Source of the DNA: Alphaproteobacteria bacterium
GTDB lineage: Bacteria; Pseudomonadota; Alphaproteobacteria; UBA828
Direction of reading: 5' to 3'
NCBI GenBank assembly: GCA_965221125.1
Contig: CBDCRW010000003.1
Location: forward strand, 96,001 to 160,000
Length of the DNA stretch: 64,000 nucleotides
The position numbers were made by a program, and so were the translations under genes. Shown in pieces: positions 35,681-46,196 of this stretch. The stretch's first letter is position 1; each line of letters begins with the position of its first letter. The notes below the pieces were generated by a model. The model had not been told where the DNA came from and made no database searches. It worked only from the letters and a program-made list of their open reading frames with translations.

Positions 35681-36514
35681 TCAGAGCAGGTCGCCGAAGA
35701 CGCGGCTGATCCATGACCCCTCGTCCGCCTCGGGCTTCAGATCCGCGCCGGTGAGCAGGGCGTAGCTCTGCTGATACCACTGGCTGCCCGGATAATTGTG
35801 ACCGAGCACCGCGGCCGCGGTCTGCGCCTCGCCGGGCACCCCCAATGCGAGGTACGCCTCGGTGAGCCGGTGCAGCGCCTCCGGCGTATGGCTCGTGGTC
35901 TGGTAGAGCTCGACCACCCTGCGGAAGCGGCCGATCGCCGCGATGGGGCTGCCGCGACGCAGGTAGTAGCGTCCGACGGTCATCTCCTTGCCGGCGAGAT
36001 GGTCGCGCGTCAGATCGATCTTGAGGCGGGCATCGCGCGCATAGGTGCTGCCGGGGAAGCGGCGCACGACCTCCTGCAGGGCCTGCAGCGCGCGCTCGGT
36101 CGTCTCCTGATCGCGTTCTACGTCGGAGATCTGTTCGTAATGCGACATGGCGATCAGGTAGTAGCCGTACGCGGCGTCGCGATTGCCGGGGTGCAGCTCG
36201 ACGAAGCGGCCCGCCGCGGCGATGGCGTCGTCGTAGCGGTTGCCCTGGTAGTAGACGAACGCCAGCATGAGCTGCGCCCGCGTCGCCCACACCGAATAGG
36301 GATGCTGACGCTCCACCTCGGCGAAGCCCGCCACGGCGGCGTCGAAGTCCTCGCTCAGCAGGCTGTCCATCGCCTCGTTGTAGAGTTCCTCGACCGGGCG
36401 CTCGACGTAGGGCTCCTCGCTCGGCGCGCATCCGACGAGCAGCGCCAATACCAGCCCGACCGTCGCAGCCAGCACTGCCGGCGCTCTGGGAATAGTCGCA
36501 AGCCTACGCGTCAT
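35681..36514 (-). CDS. bamD: Outer membrane protein assembly factor BamD
   Basis: Lipobox LLVG-C, VERQHPYSVWA, DHLAGKEMTVGRYY; upstream of recN. Confidence 0.95.
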   Translation of the reverse strand: MTRRLATIPRAPAVLAATVGLVLALLVGCAPSEEPYVERPVEELYNEAMDSLLSEDFDAAVAGFAEVERQHPYSVWATRAQLMLAFVYYQGNRYDDAIAAAGRFVELHPGNRDAAYGYYLIAMSHYEQISDVERDQETTERALQALQEVVRRFPGSTYARDARLKIDLTRDHLAGKEMTVGRYYLRRGSPIAAIGRFRRVVELYQTTSHTPEALHRLTEAYLALGVPGEAQTAAAVLGHNYPGSQWYQQSYALLTGADLKPEADEGSWISRVFGDLL

Positions 36515-37890
36515 GACCGGTCCTGCCCGTCTGTCTCGATCGCCGGATCGTAGAACTCCCCGGCACGTTCCCTCTCCGCCGCTTCCGCGGCTGCTGCAGC
36601 CGCGACGCGCTCTGCCCGTTCCTCTTCCAGCGCTTCCACCAGGTCCCGCGTGATCTGCGGGGCCAGGCGCAGCCCGTTCTCCCGCAAGAACCGCCGGGCG
36701 GCCTCGATGGTGAGCGCTCCGGCGACTCCGTCCACCGCCGCGTCATAGTAGCCCAGGGACTTGAGAAGCCGCTGCGCGTAAATGGCCGAATCGCGGAAGT
36801 CGTTCGCCGGTCGCGGCAGAGCCACGCCGGCAACGGGTCTCTCGGGCGCCTCTTCGTCAAGGACTCGGGCCGCGAATTCGATGCTCAACACTTGGGCCTC
36901 GACACGTTCCGCCGGCGACAGGAGACGCGAGAGCTGGTCGCGATACTTGATCGCATCCGCGCCGGCCGAGCCCTTGGCGTGGGCAGCCAGGCTGAACCAG
37001 GCCATGGCCTGCACGAGATCGCGCTCCACGCCGAGGCCGTTCGCATAGAGCAGGCCAAGGCCGTTGCGGCCCACCGCGTCGCCCTGCTCGGCGGCCGCCC
37101 TGTACCAGCGATGGGACTGCTCGTAGTCGCGCGCCACGCCGCGGCCGAGATAGTGCAGCGCCGCCAGATTGCTCTGCGCGATGGCGAGACCCCTGCGTGC
37201 CGCGCGGTGGTACCAGACGACCGCCTTGCCGTAGTCCCTCACCCCCGCCAAGCCCTTCTCGTAGATGTATCCGAGATTGTTCATGGCCCGGGCTTCGCCG
37301 GCATCGGCGGCACGCTTGTACCAGTCCCTCGCCCGCTCGAGATCGCGCGGGGTTCCCAGCCCCTCGTCGTAGAGGGTGGCCAGATTGTACTGGGCGTCGG
37401 TCAGGCCCTGCTCGGCCGCGCGGTGATACCAGCCCGCAGCCGTCGCGTGGTTCTGGGTAACGCCGACGCCCTGATCGTAGGCCACGCCGAGCTCGAACTG
37501 CGCTTCCGCCAGGCCGCGGCGGGCGGCGGTCTCGAGCAGTTTGATCTGGTCCTCGTCCGGGCCGGGCTCGAGCGCTCCGGTGCGCTGCAGCCGCGCCAGC
37601 GCGAGCCGGGCGAGGTCGAGGCGGCGCTCCGCCGCGGCTCGGTACCAGCGCGCGGCCGTCTCGGCGTCCTCAGATACGCCCAGCCCGTTCTCGTAGAGCG
37701 TGCCGAGATTGAATTGCGCGTCCACGTCGCCGGCATGGGCCAACGTAGACCAGCCGGCGCGCGCCTCTTCATAATCGCCGCGCTGGAACGCCTCGTAGGC
37801 CTCGAAGAAATCGGCGCCCCGCGCCTGCGGCACAGCAAGCAGCGCCACGCCGAGCGCCGCCGCACCCACGGCGGCAGCGAACGCCTTCAT
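36511..37890 (-). CDS. Exported Sel1-repeat protein with C-terminal peptidoglycan-binding domain
   Basis: Signal peptide, multiple AQxxLGxxYxxGxGVxxD..A..WY..AA repeats, C-terminal QRLLKSLGYY..VDGVAG..TIEAARRF..NGL motif. Confidence 0.88.
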   Translation of the reverse strand: MKAFAAAVGAAALGVALLAVPQARGADFFEAYEAFQRGDYEEARAGWSTLAHAGDVDAQFNLGTLYENGLGVSEDAETAARWYRAAAERRLDLARLALARLQRTGALEPGPDEDQIKLLETAARRGLAEAQFELGVAYDQGVGVTQNHATAAGWYHRAAEQGLTDAQYNLATLYDEGLGTPRDLERARDWYKRAADAGEARAMNNLGYIYEKGLAGVRDYGKAVVWYHRAARRGLAIAQSNLAALHYLGRGVARDYEQSHRWYRAAAEQGDAVGRNGLGLLYANGLGVERDLVQAMAWFSLAAHAKGSAGADAIKYRDQLSRLLSPAERVEAQVLSIEFAARVLDEEAPERPVAGVALPRPANDFRDSAIYAQRLLKSLGYYDAAVDGVAGALTIEAARRFLRENGLRLAPQITRDLVEALEEERAERVAAAAAAEAAERERAGEFYDPAIETDGQDRS

Positions 37891-38016
37891 CCGGAAACTT
37901 CGCAAGGTGCCGCGGTCCATGCCGTTGGCGGAACCCGATCGTTGCGGCGCGGCGCGCGGCGCCGCAGCCCCTGCCTCACCTTGCATGCCTTCGCGTGATC
38001 GTCAATAAACTGTTGC

Positions 38017-38802
38017 ATGCGACTGAAAATGTTCCAGGTCGATGCCTTCACCGACAGGGTGTTCGGCGGCAACCCTGCCGCCATCTGCCCGCTGGATTCG
38101 TGGCTCGACGACGCCACGATGCAGGCCATCGCGTACGAGAACAACCTGTCGGAGACGGCGTTCTTCGTGCCGGCAGACGGCGCCTACGCGCTGCGCTGGT
38201 TCACGCCGCTGGCGGAGGTCGACCTGTGCGGCCACGCGACGCTGGCCAGCGCGCATGTCGTGTTCCACCACCTGCAGCCGGACGCCGATGCGGTGGCCTT
38301 CGACACCAGGAGCGGCCGTCTCGACGTGACCCGCGGCGACGACGGGCTCACCATGGACTTCCCGGCGCTCGCCGCGCATCCCCTGGATCCACCGCCGGCC
38401 GATCTCGCCGCCGGGCTCGGGCAGGAGCCTGTGGCCGCGTTCGCGGACATGGACTACCTCGCGCTCCTGGAGACCGAAGCGCAGGTTCGGGCCATCGAGC
38501 CCGACCTGACGGTGCTGGCCCGACTCGACGAGCGGCGTGGCATCATCGTGACTGCGCCGGGCGAGAGCGTGGATTTCGTCTCGCGGTTCTTCTCGCCCCG
38601 AATGGGGGTGCCGGAAGACCCGGTCACCGGGTCCGCCCACTGCATGCTTGCGCCCTTCTGGGCGGAGCGGCTCGGCAAGACCACCCTGCGCGCCTATCAG
38701 GCCTCGGCGCGCGGCGGCGCGGTGCACTGCACGGTCGCCGGCGACCGCGTGCACCTGACCGGCCGTGCCGTGCAGTATTTCGAAGGGACGATCACGGTCT
38801 GA
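38017..38802 (+). CDS. PhzF family isomerase
   Basis: QVDAFT..FGGNPAA, NNLSETAF, LRWFTP..EVDLCGHATLA, EDPVTGSAHC. Confidence 0.93.
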   Translation: MRLKMFQVDAFTDRVFGGNPAAICPLDSWLDDATMQAIAYENNLSETAFFVPADGAYALRWFTPLAEVDLCGHATLASAHVVFHHLQPDADAVAFDTRSGRLDVTRGDDGLTMDFPALAAHPLDPPPADLAAGLGQEPVAAFADMDYLALLETEAQVRAIEPDLTVLARLDERRGIIVTAPGESVDFVSRFFSPRMGVPEDPVTGSAHCMLAPFWAERLGKTTLRAYQASARGGAVHCTVAGDRVHLTGRAVQYFEGTITV

Positions 38803-38833
38803 GCCCGATGCGCCAGGACCGGCCGTGCCGATC

Positions 38834-39994
38834 ATGAAGCCCAGCGTCCGCCCGAACACCCCCCTCTTCTCCTCCGGCCCCTGCCCCAAGCGCCCCGGAT
38901 GGTCGCCCGACGTGCTGTCAAGCGCGCTGCTCGGCAGATCGCACAGGGCGCGAGAGCCGCTGGCGCGGATCCAGGAGCTGCTGGAGCGCTCGCGCGCGCT
39001 CCTGGGCCTGCCGGAGGAATGGCGCCTCGGCATCGTGCCGGGCTCCGACACCGGCGCCATCGAGATGGCCATGTGGTCGCTGCTCGGCCCACGCGGAGTG
39101 GACTTCCTGAGCTGGGACAATTTCGGCGCGCTCTGGGCGCACGACGGCGCGCGCGAGCTGCGCCCCCTGGATGCGCGCGTGCTCGAAGCGCCCTACGGCC
39201 GCCTGCCGGACCTCAGCGAGGTCGATCCCAACCGCGACACGGTGTTCGTCTGGAACGGCACCACGTCGGGCGTGCGGGTTCCCGACGCGGAATGGATCGC
39301 TGCTGACCGCGCCGGGCTCACGCTCTGCGATGCCACGTCCGCCGTGCTCGCCTACCCGATGGACTGGAGCAGGCTCGATGTGACCACGTATTCCTGGCAG
39401 AAGGTGCTGGGCGGCGAGGCCGGGTTCGGCATGCTGATCCTGGGCCCGCGCGCGGCAGAGAGGCTGGAGAGCGAATCGCCGCCGTGGCCGGTGCCCCGAG
39501 TCTTCCGCCTCACCACCGGCGACGGCAGGCTCAACGAAGGCATCTTCCGCGGCGAGACCATCAACACGGTCTCGATGATGGCGGTCGAGGACACGCTCGA
39601 CGCGCTCCGCTGGATCGAATCGATCGGCGGCCAGACCGGCATGATCGCCCGCTCCTCCGCCAATTTCGACGTGATCGAGTCGTGGGTGGCGGCGCGCGAC
39701 TGGGTGGACTTTCTGGCGGCGGTGCCGGAGACGCGCTCCCGCACGTCGGTGTGCCTCAGCATCGTCGATTCCTGGTTCAACGGGCTGGAGACCGACGATC
39801 AATGGGCCGTGATCAAGCAAATGGTCGCTCTGCTGGAGGCGGAGGGCGCCGCATATGATATCAAGACGCACCGGGCTGCCCCGCCGGGGCTCCGCATCTG
39901 GTGCGGCGGCACGGTTGAGCGCGGCGATCTCGAAGCGCTGACCCCCTGGCTCGACTGGGCCTGGGATGACGTGCGCCGGCACGGGGCCGGCTAG
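38834..39994 (+). CDS. serC: Phosphoserine aminotransferase (alphaproteobacterial type)
   Basis: FSSGPCPKRPGW, GRSHR, WNGTTSGV, CDATSA, SWQKVLGGE, PPGLRIWCG; upstream of serA. Confidence 0.94.
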   Translation: MKPSVRPNTPLFSSGPCPKRPGWSPDVLSSALLGRSHRAREPLARIQELLERSRALLGLPEEWRLGIVPGSDTGAIEMAMWSLLGPRGVDFLSWDNFGALWAHDGARELRPLDARVLEAPYGRLPDLSEVDPNRDTVFVWNGTTSGVRVPDAEWIAADRAGLTLCDATSAVLAYPMDWSRLDVTTYSWQKVLGGEAGFGMLILGPRAAERLESESPPWPVPRVFRLTTGDGRLNEGIFRGETINTVSMMAVEDTLDALRWIESIGGQTGMIARSSANFDVIESWVAARDWVDFLAAVPETRSRTSVCLSIVDSWFNGLETDDQWAVIKQMVALLEAEGAAYDIKTHRAAPPGLRIWCGGTVERGDLEALTPWLDWAWDDVRRHGAG

Positions 39995-40025
39995 AGTGCG
40001 TCCGACTTGGACGGACGCACTCTAG
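39991..40025. repeat. Perfect 14-bp hairpin CTAGAGTGCGTCCG-N7-CGGACGCACTCTAG overlapping the serC stop
   Basis: Arms at 39991-40004 and 40012-40025; ends resemble those of the 10193-10427 element. Confidence 0.85.
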
Positions 40026-40167
40026 GCCGCGAGAGCGGCCCGCCGCGTATGCGGCGCGCCCGCGCAGGCGCCGGCCAACGGCCGGCTGCCGTGAGCGAAA
40101 AATTCATAGAGCGATTTCGTGTAAGACGGATACGTTCCAGTCAAGCAAGCCGCCGAGGCCGGGTGCA

Positions 40168-41745
40168 ATGCCGAGTGTCCTGATCGCCGACGAGATAAGC
40201 GAGGTGGCCGTGCAGGCGTTCGCCGAGCGCGGCATCGAGGTCGGCAATCATCCGGGCCTCTCGCCGGAGGCGCTGGCCGGGATCGTCGGCGACTACGAAG
40301 GCCTCGTCGTCCGCTCCGCGACCCGGGTGACCCCGGAGCTGCTGGAACGGGCCGGCAAGCTCAAGGTCGTGGGCCGGGCCGGCACCGGCGTCGACAACGT
40401 CGACATGGACGCGGCGACGAAGCGCGGCATCGTCGTCATGAACACGCCCCACGGCAACTCCGTGACCGCAGCCGAGCACACCATCGCCATGATGTGCGCG
40501 CTCGCGCGGCGGATACCGCAGGCCGACCGCTCCACCCGCAAGGGCGGGTGGGAGCGTGGCCGCTTCATGGGCGTCGAGCTCCGCGACAAGACCCTCGGTA
40601 TCGTCGGCTGCGGCACGATCGGCGCCATCGTCGCCACGCTGGCCCAGGGTCTCCGGATGCGGGTCATCACCTACGACCCGTACCTCGCGCCCGAGCGCGC
40701 GTCCTCCCTCGGCGTGACGCTGGTGACGATGGACGAGCTGCTGGCCGAGGCCGACGTCATCACCCTGCACGTGCCGCTCACGGACGAGACGCGGGGGACC
40801 ATCGACGCCGACGCGCTCACCAAGACGAAGGAAGGCGTGCGCATCGTGAACTGCGCGCGCGGCGGCCTGATCGTAGAGGCGGACCTCAAGAGCGCCATCG
40901 AGAGCGGCCATGTCGCCGGGGCCGCGCTCGACGTGTTCGAGGAGGAGCCCGCGCGGGACAACCCTCTCTTCGCGCTGGACGAGGTCATCGCGACGCCCCA
41001 CCTCGGGGCTTCGACGGTGGAGGCGCAGGAAAACGTGGCGCTGCAGATCGCGCAGCAGATGGCGGAATACCTGTTGACCGGCACGGTGCTGAACGCCGTC
41101 AACGCCCCCTCGGTCTCGCCGGAGGACATGGCGAAGCTCGGCCCCTACCTCACCCTCGCCCAGCAGATCGGGAGCTTCGCCGGCCAGATCGCCGAAGGCC
41201 GCATCCGCGGCGTGACCATCGCCTACGAAGGCCAGGCCAGCGCGCTGGATTCACGGCTGCTCACGGCGGCGGCGTTGCAGGGCCTGCTAGGCCCCCGCCT
41301 CGACGACGTCAACATCGTCAACGCCCCCTTCATCGCCCGCGAGCGCGGCATCGCGGTGCGCGAGGTGAAGAACGCGACGTCGGCGGACTACCAGACCCTC
41401 ATGCGCGTCGAGGTGCTGTCGCAGGACAAGGCGCAGGCCGTGGCCGGCACGCTCATCGGCCGCGGCGGGCGGCGAATCGTGGAGGTCGAGGGCATCGAGG
41501 TCGAGGCCGAGCTCGGCCCGCACATGCTCTACTTCACCAACGAGGACAAGCCGGGCCTGATCGGCTCCGTTGCCACGATCCTGGGCGAGGCCGACATCAA
41601 TATCGCCACCTTCAACCTGGGGCGCAGGGAGCCGGGCGGCGACGCGATCGGCCTCATGGGCGTTGACTCGGCGGTGCCCGACGATGTGCTCGCCAGGCTT
41701 CGCACGCGTGCCTCCGTGATCGACGTCAAGCGCCTGAGCTTCTGA
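40168..41745 (+). CDS. serA: D-3-phosphoglycerate dehydrogenase
   Basis: GRAGTGVDNVD, GCGTIG, NCARGG, TPHLGAST, C-terminal ACT domain. Confidence 0.96.
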   Translation: MPSVLIADEISEVAVQAFAERGIEVGNHPGLSPEALAGIVGDYEGLVVRSATRVTPELLERAGKLKVVGRAGTGVDNVDMDAATKRGIVVMNTPHGNSVTAAEHTIAMMCALARRIPQADRSTRKGGWERGRFMGVELRDKTLGIVGCGTIGAIVATLAQGLRMRVITYDPYLAPERASSLGVTLVTMDELLAEADVITLHVPLTDETRGTIDADALTKTKEGVRIVNCARGGLIVEADLKSAIESGHVAGAALDVFEEEPARDNPLFALDEVIATPHLGASTVEAQENVALQIAQQMAEYLLTGTVLNAVNAPSVSPEDMAKLGPYLTLAQQIGSFAGQIAEGRIRGVTIAYEGQASALDSRLLTAAALQGLLGPRLDDVNIVNAPFIARERGIAVREVKNATSADYQTLMRVEVLSQDKAQAVAGTLIGRGGRRIVEVEGIEVEAELGPHMLYFTNEDKPGLIGSVATILGEADINIATFNLGRREPGGDAIGLMGVDSAVPDDVLARLRTRASVIDVKRLSF

Positions 41746-41759
41746 CGCCGGACCGCGAC

Positions 41760-43142
41760 ATGGGCATCGGGCTCACCATCATCGTCATCGTGCTGGCGGC
41801 GCTCGCGGGCGCGGCCGTCTCGTATGCCGTGCTGGCTCTCCGGGCGGCGCGGAAAGCCGGCGAGAACGCGCGCCTCGCCGCCGATGCCGGCCGCGTGCCT
41901 CAGCTCGAAGAAGAGAACGCCGGCCTGCGCGAGCAGCTTCGGGTGGCCGAGACGAAGACCGCGGCATCCGAAGCCGCGCGAGAGACGGAGCGGAAGAGCC
42001 ACGAGGCTCGCGTCCAGGAGCTCACCCGCATGGGCGCCGAGCTCGAGAAGAAATTCGCCGGCCTCGCATCGGAGGTGCTGGGCAAGAACAGTGAGAGCTT
42101 TCTCAAGCTCGTGAGCGAGCGCTTCGAGAAGCACAGCGAGAGCGCCAAGGAAGACCTGGAGAAGCGACAGACGACCATCGAGACGCTGGTCAAGCCCCTC
42201 GGCGAGAGCCTCAGCAAGTTCGAGACCAAGGTGGACGCGATCGAGAAGGCGCGCGAGGGCGCCTACCGGGCGATCTCGGAGCAAGTGAAACACCTGGAAG
42301 AGGGGCAGACGGGCCTTCGCTCGGAGACGAATCGCCTCGTTCAGGCCCTCCGCCGGCCCCAGACGCGCGGCCGCTGGGGCGAGTATCAACTCCGCAACGT
42401 GCTCGACATGGCCGGCATGACCGAGCACGTGGACTTCGTCGAGCAGACCACCCTGGAGGGCGAAGACGGCCGCCTGCGGCCCGACGTGGTGATCCGCGTC
42501 CCCGGCGGCAAGTCGATCATCGTCGATGCCAAGACGCCGCTCGACGCCTACCTCAATGCCGTGGAGGCGCCCGACGAAGAGACGCGCGAGCGCTTCATCG
42601 CCGACCACGCGCGGCAGGTTCGGGACCACGTGCGGGCGCTCTCCTCGCGGGACTACTGGAAGGCCCTGCCCGAGACGCCCGAGTTCGTCGTGATGTTCGT
42701 GCCGGGCGAGTCGTTCTTCGCCGCCGCCATCGAGAGCGATCCCGAACTGTTCGAGAGCGCGGCGCGCCAGCGGGTGCTCATCAGCACGCCGACCACGCTG
42801 ATCGCCCTGGTCAAGACCATCGCCTACGGCTGGCAGCAGGAGAAGCTGGCCGAGAACGCGCAGGCCGTGGCCTCGCAGGGCCGCGACCTCTACGAGCGCA
42901 TCAAGACCTTCGGCGGGCACATGGGCGACATCGGGCGCTCGCTGCAGCAGACGGTCGAGCGCTACAACAGGGGCGTGGGCTCGCTGGAGCGGCGCGTGCT
43001 GCCGGCGGCCCGAAAATTCGAGGAGCTGGGCGTCACCCCTGCCGCGTCGTCGATCCCGACGCTGGAGCCGGTCGAGCTCGACCCCCGCGAGGCCCAGGCC
43101 GAGGAGCTGATCGAGCGCCGGCCGGAAGAAGCTGCGGAGTAA
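41760..43142 (+). CDS. rmuC: DNA recombination protein RmuC
   Basis: N-terminal TM and coiled coil, RGRWGE, RPDVVIRVPG, IVDAKTP, PEFVVMFVPGE. Confidence 0.93.
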   Translation: MGIGLTIIVIVLAALAGAAVSYAVLALRAARKAGENARLAADAGRVPQLEEENAGLREQLRVAETKTAASEAARETERKSHEARVQELTRMGAELEKKFAGLASEVLGKNSESFLKLVSERFEKHSESAKEDLEKRQTTIETLVKPLGESLSKFETKVDAIEKAREGAYRAISEQVKHLEEGQTGLRSETNRLVQALRRPQTRGRWGEYQLRNVLDMAGMTEHVDFVEQTTLEGEDGRLRPDVVIRVPGGKSIIVDAKTPLDAYLNAVEAPDEETRERFIADHARQVRDHVRALSSRDYWKALPETPEFVVMFVPGESFFAAAIESDPELFESAARQRVLISTPTTLIALVKTIAYGWQQEKLAENAQAVASQGRDLYERIKTFGGHMGDIGRSLQQTVERYNRGVGSLERRVLPAARKFEELGVTPAASSIPTLEPVELDPREAQAEELIERRPEEAAE

Positions 43143-43237
43143 CGGCAGAACCGGCATCGATCCCGCGAGGGTTGTCGGGCAGAACCGCCCCTGCTTCCCC
43201 TCCTCCCCGCTTGTCATTGAAGGAGCGCCGCGCGGCC

Positions 43238-45064
43238 ATGGACCTGCGCAACATCGCCATCATCGCCCACGTCGATCACGGCAAGACGACTCTGGTCGAC
43301 GCGCTGCTGCGCCAGAGCGGCACGGTGCGGGCGAACCAGCCGATGCAGGAGCGCGCGCTCGATAGCGGCGAGCTGGAACGCGAGCGCGGCATCACGATCC
43401 TGGCCAAGTGCACCGCCATCGACTGGCGGGGCGTGCGCATCAACATCGTCGACACCCCCGGCCACGCGGATTTCGGCGGCGAGGTCGAGCGTGTGCTCGG
43501 CATGGTCGACGGCGTGCTCGTCCTGGTGGACGCGGCCGAGGGCCCGATGCCGCAGACCAAGTTCGTCGTGGACAAGGCGCTCCGGCTGGGTCTCCGGCCC
43601 ATCGTCGCGATCAGCAAGATGGATCGCGCGGACGCCCGGCCCCAGGCGGTGCACGAAGCGGTCTTCGACCTGTTCGATGCCCTGGGAGCGACCGACGCGC
43701 AGCTCGACTTCCCGCTGGTCTGCACCTCGGCGCGCGACGGCTGGGCCGCGCACGGCACGGATGCTGCCGGGCGCGACATGACCGCGCTCTTCGAGACCGT
43801 CATCGCGCACGTGCCCGCGCCCGCGACGGATCGGGAGGGACCCTTCCGCATGTCGATCAGCCTGCTCGAGGCCGATCCCTTTCTCGGCCGGCTGGTGAGC
43901 GGGCGCGTGCTCTCCGGTCGGGTGGAGGCGAACCAGACCGTGACGGTGCTCGGCGCGGACGGCGCCGTGGTCGAGGTCGCGCGCCTCACCAAGCTGCTGC
44001 GCGCGCGGGGGCTGGAACGGATCGCGGTCAGAAACGCCGGGGCCGGCGAGATCGTGACGCTGGCCGGCCTCAAGACCGCCTCGGTGGCTGACACCGTCGC
44101 CGCCTCCGAGAGCTGCGCCCCGATCGCGGCCGAGCCCATTGATCCGCCGACCATCGCGATGGTGTTCTCGATCAACGACTCGCCGCTCGCGGGCCGCGAG
44201 GGAACGCAGCTCACCTCGCGCGTGATCGGCGCGCGGCTTGCACGCGAGACCGAGGGCAACGTCGCGATCCAGGTGACCGACGGCGCCGAGGAAGGCGCCT
44301 TCGAGGTCGCGGGCCGCGGCGAGCTGCAGCTCGCGGTTCTGATCGAGACGATGCGCCGCGAGGGCTTCGAGCTTTCGATCAGCCGCCCACGAGTGTTGAT
44401 GCGCGACGACCCGGAGGGCGGCCCGCCCCTGGAGCCCGTCGAGGAAGTCCAGATCGACGTGGACGAGGCTTTCGTCGGCGACGTGGTCAATGCGCTGGCC
44501 GAGCGGCGGGCGGAGCTGGTCGAGCTCAGGCCCTCGGGGCGAGACAAGACCCGCGCGCTGTTTCTCGGGCCCTCGCGCGGCCTGATCGGCTTCAACGGCG
44601 AGCTGCTCACCGTGACGCGGGGCACGGCAATCATGCACCGGGTCTTCCACGGCTATGCGCCGTTCAAGGGCGCACTGCCGGGGCGGCGGAACGGCGTGCT
44701 CGTCTCGAGCGCCGAGGGCAGAGCGGTCGCCTACGCGCTCTGGAACCTGGAGCAGCGCGGGGCGCTCTTCGTCGAGCCGGGAATGCCGGTCTACGGCGGC
44801 ATGATCGTCGGCGAGAACACGCGGCCGCAGGATCTCGACGTGAACCCGCTGAAGAGCAAGCAGCTCACCAACATCCGGGCCGCCGGCAAGGACAACGCCG
44901 TGCGCCTCACGCCGCCCCGGCCGATGCCGCTGGAGATCGCGCTGGCCTATATCGCGGACGACGAACTGCTTGAGGTGACGCCGGCCTCGATCCGTCTGCG
45001 CAAGCGGCTGCTCGACCCGCACGACCGCCGCCGCGCCGCGCGGGCGCTGGCAAAGGCGTCCTGA
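43238..45064 (+). CDS. typA: Translational GTPase TypA/BipA
   Basis: [44 protein letters not shown]. Confidence 0.96.
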   Translation: MDLRNIAIIAHVDHGKTTLVDALLRQSGTVRANQPMQERALDSGELERERGITILAKCTAIDWRGVRINIVDTPGHADFGGEVERVLGMVDGVLVLVDAAEGPMPQTKFVVDKALRLGLRPIVAISKMDRADARPQAVHEAVFDLFDALGATDAQLDFPLVCTSARDGWAAHGTDAAGRDMTALFETVIAHVPAPATDREGPFRMSISLLEADPFLGRLVSGRVLSGRVEANQTVTVLGADGAVVEVARLTKLLRARGLERIAVRNAGAGEIVTLAGLKTASVADTVAASESCAPIAAEPIDPPTIAMVFSINDSPLAGREGTQLTSRVIGARLARETEGNVAIQVTDGAEEGAFEVAGRGELQLAVLIETMRREGFELSISRPRVLMRDDPEGGPPLEPVEEVQIDVDEAFVGDVVNALAERRAELVELRPSGRDKTRALFLGPSRGLIGFNGELLTVTRGTAIMHRVFHGYAPFKGALPGRRNGVLVSSAEGRAVAYALWNLEQRGALFVEPGMPVYGGMIVGENTRPQDLDVNPLKSKQLTNIRAAGKDNAVRLTPPRPMPLEIALAYIADDELLEVTPASIRLRKRLLDPHDRRRAARALAKAS

Positions 45065-45070
45065 ATTTCC

Positions 45071-45338
45071 TAGCCCGCACTTCTCACCAAGGTCATGGTC
45101 TGCGCGGCGTTGTCCGGCCGACAGAGTAGGAACGGCGCGAAGCGCGATGTGGTGCATCGGTCGAGCGCCGTGACGCACGCTGTCGGCCGGACAGCGTCGC
45201 CCTTCGGGTCGCGCCCAGGCGCCCGCCCGCGGCGTCGCGGGCCTCAACCGTATTCCCTATACGCTTTTCGGCCCGCTCCTTGCGGATCGAACGCCTGGAC
45301 GCGACGCAGGCGGTGACCTTGGTGAGAAGTGCGGGCTA
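45071..45338. mobile_element. MITE-like element with perfect 25-bp terminal inverted repeats (268 bp)
   Basis: TAGCCCGCACTTCTCACCAAGGTCA (45071-45095) is the exact reverse complement of 45314-45338; two internal stem-loop modules; no credible ORF. Confidence 0.85.
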
Positions 45339-46196
45339 CCCGGCGCCGACGCGATCGGCGATGGCGACGATCCGGTGCATCTCGCGCAGCACCGGCTTCT
45401 CGATGAGCTTGCCGTCGATCACCACCAGCCCCGTATCGGCCGCCTCGAACTCGGCGATGATGCGCCGCGCCTGGGCGATCCGCTCGGCCGACGGCGTGAA
45501 CACCGCGTTGAGGGCCGCGATCTGCTTGGGGTGCACGGCCCCCTTGCCGCAAAAGCCCAGATCCCGCGCCTGAATCGCGGCACGCTCCATGCCCTCCGCG
45601 TCCTGGAGGTCGAGGTAGGGCACGTCGATCACGTCCAGCCCGGCGCTGGCGGCGGCATGGACGACGCGCGAGCGGGCGTAGAGCAGCGGCTCCCAGGCGT
45701 TCCGGCAGCGCAGCTCGGCGGCCATGTCGACGCCGCCAAAGAACATCGCGTCGATGCGCGGGCTGCAGTGGGCGATGTCGTGGGCGGCCTCGAGCCCGGC
45801 ATTGGTCTCGATGATCACGTGCAGGCGGGTGCCGTGGCCGCGCTCGCTCAGCAGGTTGTCGAGCAGCACCACTTCGTCGGGGCTGCGCACCTTGGGCATC
45901 ATCAGCGCGGGCGGCGGCGAGTCGCTGGCCAGGACCGCCTGCACGTCGGCGATGCCGAAGCCCTCGCGCAACGAGTTGATGCGGACGATCCGCTCGACCC
46001 CGTCATCGGCCTGCGGGCTCTCGAAGAGCTTGATCGCGCTGGCGCGTGCAGCCGGCTTGTCCTTGGGCGCGATGCCGTCCTCAAGCTCGACGCAGACGAT
46101 GTCCGCCCCGCTCGCGAGCGCCTTCGGAAACATCTCGGGCCGCAATCCCGGCGTGAAGATGAACGAGCGGCGGGGTCGAATGCGTGTTTCGGGCAT
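45336..46196 (-). CDS. CitE/malyl-CoA lyase family (HpcH/HpaI) CoA ester lyase
   Basis: RRSFIFTPG, VELEDGIAP, VRINS, MMPKV, IIETNAG, GKGAVHPKQI. Confidence 0.9.
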   Translation of the reverse strand: MPETRIRPRRSFIFTPGLRPEMFPKALASGADIVCVELEDGIAPKDKPAARASAIKLFESPQADDGVERIVRINSLREGFGIADVQAVLASDSPPPALMMPKVRSPDEVVLLDNLLSERGHGTRLHVIIETNAGLEAAHDIAHCSPRIDAMFFGGVDMAAELRCRNAWEPLLYARSRVVHAAASAGLDVIDVPYLDLQDAEGMERAAIQARDLGFCGKGAVHPKQIAALNAVFTPSAERIAQARRIIAEFEAADTGLVVIDGKLIEKPVLREMHRIVAIADRVGAG

